Source: Lepidodermella squamata (taxonomy: Eukaryota > Animalia > Gastrotricha). Taken from it: a DNA stretch of 64,000 nt. Below the pieces are notes generated by a model. It worked only from the letters and a program-made list of their open reading frames with translations. It did not search any database and was not told the origin of the DNA. Below are positions 13,536 through 24,829 of the stretch, one piece after another; the first letter of the stretch is position 1; each line of letters starts with the position of its first letter. The stretch spans positions 1,054,001-1,118,000 of the forward strand of contig JBLDXI010000033.1 in NCBI GenBank assembly GCA_047495785.1. The letters are read 5' to 3'. A program made the position numbers and the translations under genes.

Positions 13536-14098
13536 ATGAGATTTGGCTTTAATTCAATTGCTCTATTCGGCATTTTCGCCCTGATTGCGAGGACCAAGGC
13601 GAACCCTGTCGAAGCCAATAATACAGAAGAGACTCCGAGCGAAGCTGTTGGGCCTCTACCCGAAGACGGCGAGTTAACCATAGAATCAATTACTAAGCCA
13701 AAGTCGAACGGTATGCCAGGCAATGCGTTGATCGCAGCGTTGATGAAAAACGCAAACGGGCCAAAGCAAAAAGCTTTAGCCAGTGAGTTCATTTCAATTC
13801 GTTAAATTATTAATGACCCCTCGTTTGATTGATTTTACCAGCTTACATCAGTCAGCTAATTGCACGGCGAGATGCCAAGGGCCTATTTCAGCTGGTGAAT
13901 AAGTTGAACGAGCAAATTGTTTACAATCAACGAATGGCTAAATGCATTGCGTCACTCGGTTCAAAGGCTGTCTGCAATCAAAACGTGGCTTTCTACCTGT
14001 GGGCGCAGGTTTGTTTGCGATAGATTGTTCATAGGATGAGTACATTTTGTATATTGCCATTTCAGATGCTGGCGAAAGACATAATGGACGGAAACTGA
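13536..14098 (+). CDS. Orphan secreted protein / candidate peptide precursor, ~148 aa; exons 13536-13782, 13842-14008, 14066-14098
   Basis: Signal peptide, acidic pro-like region, RR site, C-terminal segment with a C-x9-C pair; two GT-AG introns keep the frame. Confidence 0.7.
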
Positions 14099-14620
14099 TT
14101 ATATGAGTGCGATGACTTTGTACGGTTTCTAAAATTAACATGTTGTCCTCGGATGAAGCAATCAATCGTGTGAAACGTGTGGGAAGTTTGAACTTCCGCC
14201 GCCTATTCTGTTAATTTGCGCGACTCGACAAATTTCCCACTATTTTATACATTCGATTACGTAGTGATAACAGGTTCAAACTTCACTCCTATACACACCC
14301 GATATGTGAGAAAATAGAAATAAAACACAAAAAATAATCATAGTAATATTGCATCAGAAAACTATTTAAGTAAAGACATTACAAATAGCGATAAAAGAAA
14401 AGATAAGGAAAATGCGGTGATTCAAGCATAATTGTCCACTGCAATATAAGGTGAAAAAAGTGTCCTGGCTTACACAGAAATTTTCATTGATAATTTGGTT
14501 TTTTTCTTCATTGTTCGCCAGCCCGACATTTATTCGCACCCGCCTGGAATTTTAATTTTCAACATTTTCCAGTTTAGTGGCGCACACTTTTTATTAACTT
14601 CAAGTAATTAATAGATCATA

Positions 14621-15682
14621 ATGGCGTCATCTACCTCAAAATCATTATACCAGCGATTTACCTCGTTCTGGGGCTTTGGCTTTCTATGTTTCGTACTAGC
14701 ATCAGTTTTCGGAGCTTCGTATCACCTGGTGTCAAAGCGCCTCACGACTAGTCTAGCAGATTATAAAGTTGACATTTACGCAATCATGGCTGTGAGACAG
14801 TTCGTAATTTTAGCCCTAGCTTTGCCGTGGGCTAGCTCCACAAAGGCGAGTTTGAGAGGTTACAATCTCCGGACATGGTTTCTCCTTCTAGTCAGAGGCT
14901 TTTCAGCATATGCTACAGCGACTTTGTTCCAGTTCGCAATCACGCGCCTGCCTCTGCCGAGTTTTGCGACCCTTCAAGCTACGACGCCAATGTTGACGAC
15001 GTTGATAGCTTGGCCAGTTTTCCGGGATCGGCCGAAATTCACTGATATTCCGATATTTCTCGGCTGTTTCGCAGGCGTTATTTTCATTGTTCAGCCCGAT
15101 TTCATCTTCAAAAATGACGAGAATTTTTCGCCGCCTGACATGACTGGAGTACTTTTAACCGTAACGGCAATAGGCTGCAATGTAAGAAGTTCGAATTTTC
15201 GATTTCTAAATCGCTAACGAATTAGTTTACAGGTTATTTTGTTTCTCTCGCTTCGTGGTATGCGATCTGTGCCTGTGCCTATTGTTAACATAGTTTATGG
15301 CGGTGTCACCTTCATTCTTGCTATGATATTCTGCCTCGCAATGAAAGTTGACTGGCCACCCTGTGATTATTTCCTTCGGCTTCAGATTCTTTACCTCGGA
15401 TTTAGCGCATTCACCGCAATTTCACTGGTAACAATAGCCTCAAAACGCATCCCGCCCGGTTTTGTGGCGTTAGGTCCCATTCTAGAACTAATTTATTACA
15501 TTATTTGGCAAGTCATTGTCGATCATCAATTACCCGGTCTGTACAGCCTTATCGGCGCCTTATGCGTGATTTGCTCATTTACGTTTTACGGCGTGCGCTT
15601 ATTTTTGATTCATAAATTCATCGCGGGAGAGAAAGTTTCATCTAAGGAAACGCCTAAGTGGATCATCTGTCTGACGAGATAA
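14621..15682 (+). CDS. EamA/DMT (SLC35G-like) transporter copy 7; intron 15182-15231
   Basis: Family motifs; closest to copy 8. Confidence 0.9.
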
Positions 15683-17176
15683 TTAGATAAAAATAAAAGC
15701 ATGCATATCCTGCGGCGCAGGAAGTAGCGCAGATATACTCTAAACATAGCCTATAATAACTCATTATCCGGAAGCGAAGCGAGACAGGTGTGAAGTAGAT
15801 GCTAATGAAACAAGCGAATTCGCTGAGAATTATCTCACAGCTGCAGAGATGTGAACGCTTCATATTGGTAATAATATTGGTGCAATTTAGATGCAAATGA
15901 TTGGAATGTAAATGCAATTTTTATATTTTCTAGAACATCTGGAATATGTTCTAGAATATGGACAGGCTTCAAATGCCTTCAAACGAAATACAAAAAAAGG
16001 GGAAAATTAAGCTTTGAGAATTTGGAAAAGAAATGAATTCGAGAGGCTCAAGCAATCTAGGACTGTAAACTGCGAGGCGATTTTTAACATCGCAGGGCGA
16101 CCCAGGTTCGACTCAAACCGACGACAAATTCCAACTTCGAGCCATTTTTCTTGGGAAAAACTTTTTTCATCCGACCAATTCAACCGACCAAAAATGTGAC
16201 TAAAGCCTGCCGACTTGCTTTTTCATATTTTTAAAAAATGACAGTAAAAAAGGGACAAGTCGGATCGCCATAAATCTTTCACCGTTAAATACTGCCGGTT
16301 CAGGGGCCAAAATAGGTTGCATAAAAGGGGTATGCCCCTACAGAAAAATCGAACTCGGGAAAATCGAGAAAGTCGATATCTTCTTGTCGGATGATTTTGG
16401 TCTCATTTTTGGTTGTCGGATGAAATAAGTCACACCCTTTTTCTTTCGATTCTATCAAACGATCAATTTCAAGTGATGATTTCCTGTCTCTAAGACCTCA
16501 GGTGCCGAGTATAGTTACCAAATAGTAATTATCGCTTCTTTGCTGTAACCGTATTCGTTTGCTGGTGAAAACCGAGTAAAAAGCGGATCCAGTACAAACT
16601 TGTGTTGCGTTTTTAACGAGTTAACTTTCATTGAGTTTTTTCACGCTGTCGTAATTACTAAAATCTCAGTTTCAACAAAGTACAGGCTCGGTTTTTTTAC
16701 CTCGTTGATTACTAAACTCGGTACTCGGTAGTTACAAAATAGTGAATTTTCACTCGGTTGTAGGTAAATATTTCAGGATTTAATTTAAGGCTTTTAAAAA
16801 TTAAATTAAATATTTTTTTAATATTTAATGTAAGGCGTGGTTACTTGATGTTACAACAAGATTTATAGATTTACTCACACCTTCTGAAATCAATGTTGGA
16901 GACAATTAGGACTTGATTGAACTGACAGTTTAGTGGCTCAAGTATTCTAGGATTATTTTCTGAAGATTAGGAACCGAATACGACCACTATATCAGATGTG
17001 CTAGCCGGAGTACGGACAAGAAATAATGATAAGGCGCACCACTCATTTTACGATGCTTGCATAGTCTATTTATCGCCTCATTCATAGAAAAAATGTTCAT
17101 TACATCGGACATAATCGCCATGGGCCTTGTTCAAAATGTTTTCAATTATTGTATTTTTTGATATTCGGCAAGTCGA

Positions 17177-18157
17177 ATGACATCGCTTAAATCGTGTCGG
17201 CAGCGTTTTACCTCATTTTGGGGCTTCGGATTCCTATGCTTTATCGCCGCTTCAATCCTTGGCGCTGTCTACAACACCCTGTCGAAACGGCTGACAACTC
17301 ATGAAAACGTCGACATTTTCTTCCTAATGATCATCCGGCAATTTTCCATCGCCGCAATGGCGTTACCCTGGGCTAGTTACTCAAGGTCAACATTCAGAGG
17401 CTACAGCTTTAAAACCTGGGTCCTACTTCTGGCAAGAGCTTTTTCCGCTATGACAGCTTCAGCTTTATTCCAGTACGGAGTTCGGCTGCTATCACTACCC
17501 AATTTCGCCACTCTTCAAGCTACGACGCCGATGTTGACAACTTTAGTAGCCTGGCCTTTGTTCAAAGAAAGACCCCGGCTTACTGACATCCCAATTTTCA
17601 TCGGCTGCTTTGCCGGGGTGGTTTTCATCGTTCAACCCGATTTCCTATTCAAAAACGACGAAAACTACTCGCCTCCAGATACGCTAGGGTTAGTCCTTAC
17701 CCTAATCGGGATGATTTTCAACATCCTCCTATTTCTTGCCCTTCGTGGCCTGAGAGATGTCCCGGTTCCGACTGGGCTGGTTGTTTACGGAATTTCAACG
17801 TGTTTTAGCGCCACTGTTTTATACCTCATTCTCAACCCGTCATGGCCTGTCTGCGGCTCTTTTGTTCGATTTGAAGTTTTGATTGTTGGAATCGTTGCGA
17901 CAGTAGCGATAGCTCTAGTAACAACTGCGTCGAGACTTCTGCAACCCGGTTTCTTGGCCTTGAACCCAGTTGCCGAGCTGATTTATTACCTTATTTGGCA
18001 AGTTTTGATGCACGGAGAACTGCCTGGTTTGTACAGCTCAATTGGCGCATTTTGTGTCATAATTTCCTTCACATTTTACGGGATTCGATTATTTTTAATC
18101 CATAAATTCGAAAATGATACAAGAACAACAACTTTTCTCTACTATCTGACAAAATAA
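17177..18157 (+). CDS. EamA/DMT (SLC35G-like) transporter copy 8, intronless, 326 aa
   Basis: Single uninterrupted ORF with both EamA halves; gives the full-length template for the family. Confidence 0.92.
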   Translation: MTSLKSCRQRFTSFWGFGFLCFIAASILGAVYNTLSKRLTTHENVDIFFLMIIRQFSIAAMALPWASYSRSTFRGYSFKTWVLLLARAFSAMTASALFQYGVRLLSLPNFATLQATTPMLTTLVAWPLFKERPRLTDIPIFIGCFAGVVFIVQPDFLFKNDENYSPPDTLGLVLTLIGMIFNILLFLALRGLRDVPVPTGLVVYGISTCFSATVLYLILNPSWPVCGSFVRFEVLIVGIVATVAIALVTTASRLLQPGFLALNPVAELIYYLIWQVLMHGELPGLYSSIGAFCVIISFTFYGIRLFLIHKFENDTRTTTFLYYLTK

Positions 18158-20202
18158 TTAAATAAAAATACTTACGATGGCAATGATAGAAATAAGCAAA
18201 ATTGTAATAATTACAAGAGTGACGTAACTCCAAAAGGAAAATTTATCCAGTTTTTCAGCGATAATTAGCCAGGTAATTTCAGAGCTGATGGAAATTGTTG
18301 GCAAAAGCGGGCGAGTCTTCTCCCTCTCCTCCTTGATGGGCTGAAACGTTCGTGACAGTTCCTTACTAGGTTTCCTGATTTCGACCCCTATTCCTGAGTC
18401 GATTTGATTGCGGATGAGTGACGGTAGGAGGGCGGCTGATAACGGTCCTTCGACTGCACTTCGAGATCGAAGCATTGAATTGAACGCGAAACGCCTCGAA
18501 TCGCTCCTTCCATCGATATCGGCAAATTCGCAGCTGATATCAGGTGAATAGTAAGCTCCAGTAGCAAAATCCTATTTCAAGCAAAAACTAAAAATCGTCA
18601 AATAACAGGAAAATAGCGTCTCACCTGGGTGCTAACAGTCAAGACATTTGGGGTAGGTTTCGAGTCGATGATAGCTTGTTGGGTCGGCGGGTCTTTCGAA
18701 TCAAGTTCACTCGCGGAGAATTCAGCTTCACATTGGCAATTCTCTTCGGTCTCTTCCTTCAGCCGCTTAGCAGTTTTAAAGAGCTCAGGAATCGGGTGGT
18801 TGTCAGGCTTTCGGATCGCGATAAAAGCCAAAATATGAAATACCTTCAAATAAAATTTAATAATTTTGAACAAATTATATTGAAAATTGTTACCTCTGTT
18901 ATCATCATCGAAATTACTTGAAATTTCAGCCAGACCAAAAAACATGATTCTGAACTACCTGTCGGGGTTAACTCCCTTGAAATCAGCGAAAAAATCGCGA
19001 AAGCGACCAAAATAATCGCTCCGGTCTGAATTCGCATTCTATCATCGATCTAATAAAAAAATTTGATTTCTGTTAATTTGAAGGACAAATTTTACCTGGT
19101 ACGCATAGGTCAATAGAAAGGATGAGAAAATTGCGATTCCAGGTATGATAATACTGAAGATGTGGGCCACTGATTTTCTTCTCAAAGTCATCACAAACTC
19201 CACCTTAATAATTCGAATATTAAATTTTAAAATTTCTCAAGTTGGTTTACCCTATCGAATTGCAGTTCAGATTGATGGAACCCTCGCTGGATCGAATAAG
19301 AAACGTGTTTCTCGACAAGTTCCCACCCTGCTGGGTCAACCCATTGGTAGAGATCGAAACCATCTGTCGTCGTGTGAAGTCTCACGATATCTCGCGAATA
19401 GTGCCAACATTCAAACTGAACAGAGCAGGTTTGTTTGTCGAAGGGGAACAAGCTGAAATCGAACTGGCAAGCGACAACGAATGAACCGCCAGGGCTGAAC
19501 AACGCGAGTCCATTATTGTATAGAATCAGCCGAGCCCCTGGTTCACTCATCACCTTGTTGCGATCAACACTGATTAATTTGCAAATTAATATTGAAAATC
19601 GCGGTAAAAATTACTACAACTCACGGGCTGTTGATGAGCGCGATATCGGGTAACCAAAGCTGGCTAGCTGGCAGAACTAGAAAAAGAGCAATTTTTCATT
19701 ACAAAATATCGCTCATGACCTAGGTCATACCAAGATAGTTGACGCAATTAAGCGGGAAGGTTGTGTTCCAAATATGTAGGTCATCATACCATCTTAGGTC
19801 AAGAAATCCGGTCAAACTCAACGTGCCCTCGTTTTCGTCCTGTTAAATTAATCGTAATTTTATTACTTATTCGTGGGTTAGAGATTACGATTTTGCGAAT
19901 CCCGGAGAGGTAGAAGGAGATATTAACGTCGACAACGCCATGAGCGTCATTTCTTGGCCGTTGCCAGGTGACGTAGTTACGGAAATATTCCTGCAAAATC
20001 TCGTATTCACTGACTTCAAGTTGTTCTGAAAAATCAAATAAATATTCCAAAAATTCCTACAAAAATCCAACTTACTAATATTTTTATTAGAACATGACTC
20101 AGAGTAGTTGAGAGGTGGATATCGGTAGCTGTTCACCTCGAAGTTCAGTATAGTGAAGAAGAGAGCCCAAATAGTAGCCATCTTCATAGCCGTCAGTAGC
20201 AT
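18158..20202 (-). CDS. Second divergent Cys-loop ligand-gated ion channel subunit, multi-exon
   Basis: Spliced: signal, YFRNY-x-x-x-x-RP, LRWYD, LWLPDIALIN, Cys-loop CQFDFSLFPFDKQTC, LRRK-M1, M2 RIQTGAIILVAFAIF, M3, W-x-x-IAEKLDK-M4. Confidence 0.88.
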
Positions 20203-20474
20203 TTCTACTGCTGTTCGTGTGAGTTCAATTTTCGAATTCGAGCCGCACTCAATCAAGGAAATGAACCCACCTGTCCGCCACACACACGGCGTTTCTCAGC
20301 CCGGCGCTGTCAGATCAAATTATTTTAAAATAAACAAAAATAAACAAAAAACGTCGATATATTTTCACAATGTGTGAGTGTATTTTATTTTCGCGTTTAA
20401 TTTCGTGTTCTAGCAATATGGATAAAATGACTCGAGTGCCGCCGTTTTTGCGTGATGTCAAGAGCAATCGAAAA

Positions 20475-21074
20475 TCAAAACGGGCTGAAATCGTCAGACA
20501 TAGCAAACGTAGTAGTGCCTCGAGTGCGTTTTGCAGGCCTTGTTAGTCGATTGCTATCATCAGTGACTTCATATCGCAAAGTTGATGTTGACGATGTTAA
20601 AAAATTACGCAAGGTTGACGTCCTAGTTGTCGCTTGCCGCCGAGTCGTGATAACTTGCTTCTGGCCGCAGGTTTGAAACTCAGCAATCAGCCACGTGCCG
20701 TCGTCTAGGCAGATATTCTGGCCGTTATTGTTGTTTGACCAGTCTTCGGGGTTCATCGATCGAACCGCGAGATAGGCAGCATCTTGACCATCGTCGCAAA
20801 TAACTGCGACCACGGAACCAGGGCGGACATAGCTGCCTGTGGATAGCGTTATATCTTTTGAGAATGCTGACTTCCGCACAATTATGCCATTTCTAACCAA
20901 CGGTATACGACACGAAGTTCCACATTCCTTAAAATAAGAATAAATTAAAAAAAAATTAAAATTAAACTGAGTTACTTGTAAAGTTAAGGTGGGTGAATAA
21001 TCATCGCAAATTATGTTGCCCACCACCGAAATTTGGATAAATAACAAACTGGTTAGGATCGATTTAATTGCCAT
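20475..21074 (-). CDS. Secreted Sushi/CCP-like domain protein with Thr/Arg-rich tail (probable 48-nt in-frame intron)
   Basis: Signal peptide; C-x-x-P-x-x-x-NG...GS-x-V-x-V-x-C-x-x-G...C-x-x-DG-x-W...C pattern. Confidence 0.65.
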   Translation of the reverse strand: MAIKSILTSLLFIQISVVGNIICDDYSPTLTLQVTQFNFNFFLIYSYFKECGTSCRIPLVRNGIIVRKSAFSKDITLSTGSYVRPGSVVAVICDDGQDAAYLAVRSMNPEDWSNNNNGQNICLDDGTWLIAEFQTCGQKQVITTRRQATTRTSTLRNFLTSSTSTLRYEVTDDSNRLTRPAKRTRGTTTFAMSDDFSPF

Positions 21075-21248
21075 TTATTTGATGAAATTTTGGTTAATAT
21101 TATCAAGAATTTTGAGGATTCTATTGTAACCTCCTATGTCGTGCTCGCCCACGTTTCAAAATTTTATTACATCAGCCATGCTTTCGCCATTTACTTTTAT
21201 TCTGATGCCAATCTGTCTCTATACTACAGCAGTTGGAAAGTCGTGAAA

Positions 21249-23600
21249 ATGACACATTGTTTGTTACCAACGCTTATCTGTGGCTTGGTTATTCACAACA
21301 GATTTGCTTATGGCGGTTCAGTGGGTGGAATTCAAGTAAAATTAGGTGACCAAACAAAACCTGACGACCTCTACTTGAATGTACCGAGTGGATCGCAACT
21401 TCCTATTTACCTGTCCTGGACATCTTATCCTGTATTCACCGCCCAAATCATCATATCAAACGTTTCAAATCGCTACAGCAAAACTGTTACGCCGTCTTTT
21501 GCAATTGATAGCAGGACTACGTCTTGGACTTGGGTTCCAACAGCACCTGGGAAGTATGAAATAGCAGCATCTGGAACTGCCCAATCTGGAGGCGCTACAT
21601 CCGAAGTCACATTCCCGAGTTTAATCACGGTTCAAAACAGGGTTGAACCTTTTCATTACCAGGTAATTTTCGACAACGATGCAGCTGCTTTTGACCCGAA
21701 TCTCGCTCAATTACCCGGTGAGACGGGCAGGGCTGAACTTGGGGTTCAAATTTGGCGAAATCGTTCGATAACAGTCAAGCCAACTGAACCTTTTGTCTCA
21801 TTCGGATGGGATCCTTACCCGTTGCAGTGCCAAAATTACTCCCAACCTACCCCTATAAATAGCAATGATTTCGAGCTTTGCCTAATTGAGAAAGTTTATT
21901 TCACTAAACTTGGCAATCAATCTTTGACGGTCAACATTTCGAATTTTGTCAGTTTTCAGCCTTTTACCAGGCTCATCAGAGTCATGCCGAAGGTTGGGAG
22001 GGTTCGACTTGAGGCTAGAGCTAATGGTTCGCTGTCTTCCAACGGCTTATTTTTCGTTAAAATCGGCTCAACAGTCCGTTTTGTTGCCTCAGTCGAAGTT
22101 CCAGGCGATGATTCTACCTTAAAATACTGCTTTAAATTCAGTAGGATTGGCCTTGAGGTGACTGAAATTTGCCAGACTGGAGGGAAAGAAGTATCGAAGT
22201 TGATCGATTTCGACACTTCATGTGGTAATCAATTATCAGGCTGTGGTTTGTCAGTTTCAGTCAATGTCTCCAACGCTGTAAGTTGGCAGGTTGGAGATGT
22301 CGAAATTTTTGTTCAGAAACCAAGTTCGACCTTCAACATTTCGAGCCAGTCCAAGGATCCAGCTCAAGTTAATGAGGACTATCCCCTCGTTATGAAGTTC
22401 GATCAGCCTGGCACTGATCTGTGTTTCGAAGTTCAGATTCCATTGGGAGACGGCCTGACTGCGACTAAATTATTCGGATCTTACTTCGGCTGTTCGGTAG
22501 CAGGATATTCAGCGGGATTGTTGGCAAATTTGATGAAAAACGACCAGTTCAAAATTACGCTGAACTTGAAATTACCTGGAATTTACCAAATTTCGATTAG
22601 GGCTCGAAACATGTTCTCAGACCAAAGTGGGGCCTATCAAGTTGTTGTTACGTCTACTAAATGCAGCATTCCTAGATTATCCCTTCAGTCTTCGTTGTTA
22701 ACTGGACGAGCCACGAGAAGGCAAATTTTGAAAATTCGAGCTTCAGCTACTATGGATTGCCCGGCTACAAAAGCTTCCATGTCTGTTAAAACTAAAATAT
22801 TCTGGAGGGAATCTGGAACTTGGTCTGATGTCACCTTGATGTATCTCACCCGCGCCCAGTCAGAGAAAAACATCACAATAAGTCGATTAGAAGATATGAG
22901 TGTTCAATTCCCACAAAACACTTTGGCCCTGGGCCAATACCGATTCAACCTAACCGCAATCATGAATGGGGATTCGAATCTGAATGCGAGCCAAGAGTTG
23001 GCAATTGAAATCGTTCAAGAGGATTTAGTCGCCACAATCTCACCACCAGGTCGTAATATGGCCTATTCGAAAGGCGATAAAATTAATTTGGAGGCCTTAA
23101 CCAAGTCCTATGACCCTGAAATAACGGGAGGAATTTCGGGCGATAAAACCGGAATTAAGGTGGCGTATTTTTGTAAACGCGATTGTGATACCGAGTTCCC
23201 CGTGTTCACCACGTACGAGCAAGTTCAATATTTTCTGGCTAATTCAACCGGGTATTATTCGAAATTTCCTAGCGATGGAAGAACGAGCTGGAGTGGGGGT
23301 TGCACGACTAATGATTCGACGTTAATTGGCCAGGGCTACAACGCAGCGCCAGGGTGTTTCACGAACTCGCGGCACCTACGGCGGGCTTCTGACGCGGACT
23401 GGACGTGGGGAGTTCCTTCGCTTCAGCCGCTGAATTTCATCAGAGATGGCGTGGTTCTGTCGAGTGTCGACTCATCGAGCGTGCTCAGTCTCGACACGAA
23501 CCAAATGTACGGCAATGCGGCCTATGTCGTCATAGCAATCGTGACTAAGGACACGAGATGGAAAGTTGACTTGAAAACTGTTTACGTTAAAAACGTTTGA
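21249..23600 (+). CDS. Secreted PKD/REJ-domain (polycystin-1 ectodomain-like) protein, intronless, ~783 aa
   Basis: Signal from MTHCLL; repeated PKD-type ends PGKYEI, VNISNFVS, VNVSNAVS, PGIYQISIRARNMFS; REJ-like C-x-x-P, PQNTLALGQYRFNLT, SYDPE; no TM segment; AATAAA after the stop. Confidence 0.72.
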   Translation: MTHCLLPTLICGLVIHNRFAYGGSVGGIQVKLGDQTKPDDLYLNVPSGSQLPIYLSWTSYPVFTAQIIISNVSNRYSKTVTPSFAIDSRTTSWTWVPTAPGKYEIAASGTAQSGGATSEVTFPSLITVQNRVEPFHYQVIFDNDAAAFDPNLAQLPGETGRAELGVQIWRNRSITVKPTEPFVSFGWDPYPLQCQNYSQPTPINSNDFELCLIEKVYFTKLGNQSLTVNISNFVSFQPFTRLIRVMPKVGRVRLEARANGSLSSNGLFFVKIGSTVRFVASVEVPGDDSTLKYCFKFSRIGLEVTEICQTGGKEVSKLIDFDTSCGNQLSGCGLSVSVNVSNAVSWQVGDVEIFVQKPSSTFNISSQSKDPAQVNEDYPLVMKFDQPGTDLCFEVQIPLGDGLTATKLFGSYFGCSVAGYSAGLLANLMKNDQFKITLNLKLPGIYQISIRARNMFSDQSGAYQVVVTSTKCSIPRLSLQSSLLTGRATRRQILKIRASATMDCPATKASMSVKTKIFWRESGTWSDVTLMYLTRAQSEKNITISRLEDMSVQFPQNTLALGQYRFNLTAIMNGDSNLNASQELAIEIVQEDLVATISPPGRNMAYSKGDKINLEALTKSYDPEITGGISGDKTGIKVAYFCKRDCDTEFPVFTTYEQVQYFLANSTGYYSKFPSDGRTSWSGGCTTNDSTLIGQGYNAAPGCFTNSRHLRRASDADWTWGVPSLQPLNFIRDGVVLSSVDSSSVLSLDTNQMYGNAAYVVIAIVTKDTRWKVDLKTVYVKNV

Positions 23601-23959
23601 ACCAGTCAATATTATAATCATTATTTTTTGGAGAAAAAATTAATAAATGACGAGTAAAATCTACGCACTTAGTTGAATATTGCTCTTAGGTCAAATATTT
23701 TTTAATCGTCACCTTTCATACGTAGTAATATTCGTCACGAGCGCGGCAGTTAATTATAAAAAGAACACGAACATGCGCAGTTAATGGCCTGCTGTTAAAA
23801 GGTAACCAAGGAAAAATTGAATTTAAATGAAGCTACCTTAACACAAAGAGTTTATGCTCCCTCTTTCAACATCAAACTCACGGGAAATAAATTAAAATCC
23901 TCAAGTCGCCTTAACATTAAAATCTAAAACAATTTTCTTTTAGAATTTGTTGTTTTAAT

Positions 23960-24829
23960 ATGAAACTTGCGGCAATTTTATTTTTCGGGCTTTTCGAGGT
24001 TTGCGCTGGCCAAATGAGGGCTGGTGGCGTAGGCAACGAGAAAAGAGCCGATCAGGCTGGTAGCGATTTTCTGAAAGCCCTCAACTCGACTATTCGCGAT
24101 CAATTCATCAAGAAAACCGGCATTATCCCGTCAGCCTTTGAACTTGTGTTGTACCGCGAGCAGGTTGTAGCTGGTCGCAATACCTTCGCCAAGGTCCTAA
24201 TTGATCCCTCGAATGGGCAGTTCGCCCACTTGAGGATCTACGAGCCGTTACCTTACATGGTTCGCAATGGTGATATGCCTTACCAACTTGTTGCCGTTCA
24301 GGTTGGGAAATCGCTCCGAGACCCGCTCGACTACTTTCAGGAATCAGACATCCCAACTACTACAACTACAACACAAGCTACGTCGACCCAGGCCCAAGCT
24401 TTCCCGTTCTTCGGTGGTTTCAACAATCCGATACTCGCCAGTCCGTTTAATATAAGCAATCTAAGTTTCTTCAGCCCATTCGACTTTTTCGGCGGCTTGG
24501 GTGGCCAGCAGTCGGTTCCGTCAACAACAGCCGCCGCGCCAACTGCATCTGACTTGGAACTGGCTGAGCTTCAACTAGCCGTGGATACCAAAATCCGAGC
24601 TCAATACGCGGCTAAAACCGGCGCTGAACCTTCTCGATTTGAACTGGTGTCTTATGCCAAGCAAGTTGTTGCCGGGACGAATTATTTCGTTAAGGTGGCT
24701 GTTGGTGGGTTCGGAATTTTCACGGAGTATGTTCATCTGCGAGTGTTCAAGCCGCTACAGGGTGACGATTGGCAGTTGGTATCTATCCAACAAGGAAAGG
24801 CTTTCAATGATCCCATCGAGTACTTTTGA
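23960..24829 (+). CDS. Secreted two-domain stefin-type cystatin
   Basis: Signal peptide; two QVVAG motifs; H-L-R-x-x-x-PL and DPL/I-x-YF stefin ends; Thr- and Phe-rich linker. Confidence 0.9.
   Translation: MKLAAILFFGLFEVCAGQMRAGGVGNEKRADQAGSDFLKALNSTIRDQFIKKTGIIPSAFELVLYREQVVAGRNTFAKVLIDPSNGQFAHLRIYEPLPYMVRNGDMPYQLVAVQVGKSLRDPLDYFQESDIPTTTTTTQATSTQAQAFPFFGGFNNPILASPFNISNLSFFSPFDFFGGLGGQQSVPSTTAAAPTASDLELAELQLAVDTKIRAQYAAKTGAEPSRFELVSYAKQVVAGTNYFVKVAVGGFGIFTEYVHLRVFKPLQGDDWQLVSIQQGKAFNDPIEYF

Noticed and set aside
5401-15682. Split EamA ORF pairs as frameshifts, readthrough or a variant genetic code
   Set aside because: Each gap is a ~48-52 nt GT-AG intron that restores the frame to match intronless copy 8.
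18905-18940. Possible 19-nt intron in channel 2
   Set aside because: The sequence reads in frame as the M3 helix, so no intron is needed.
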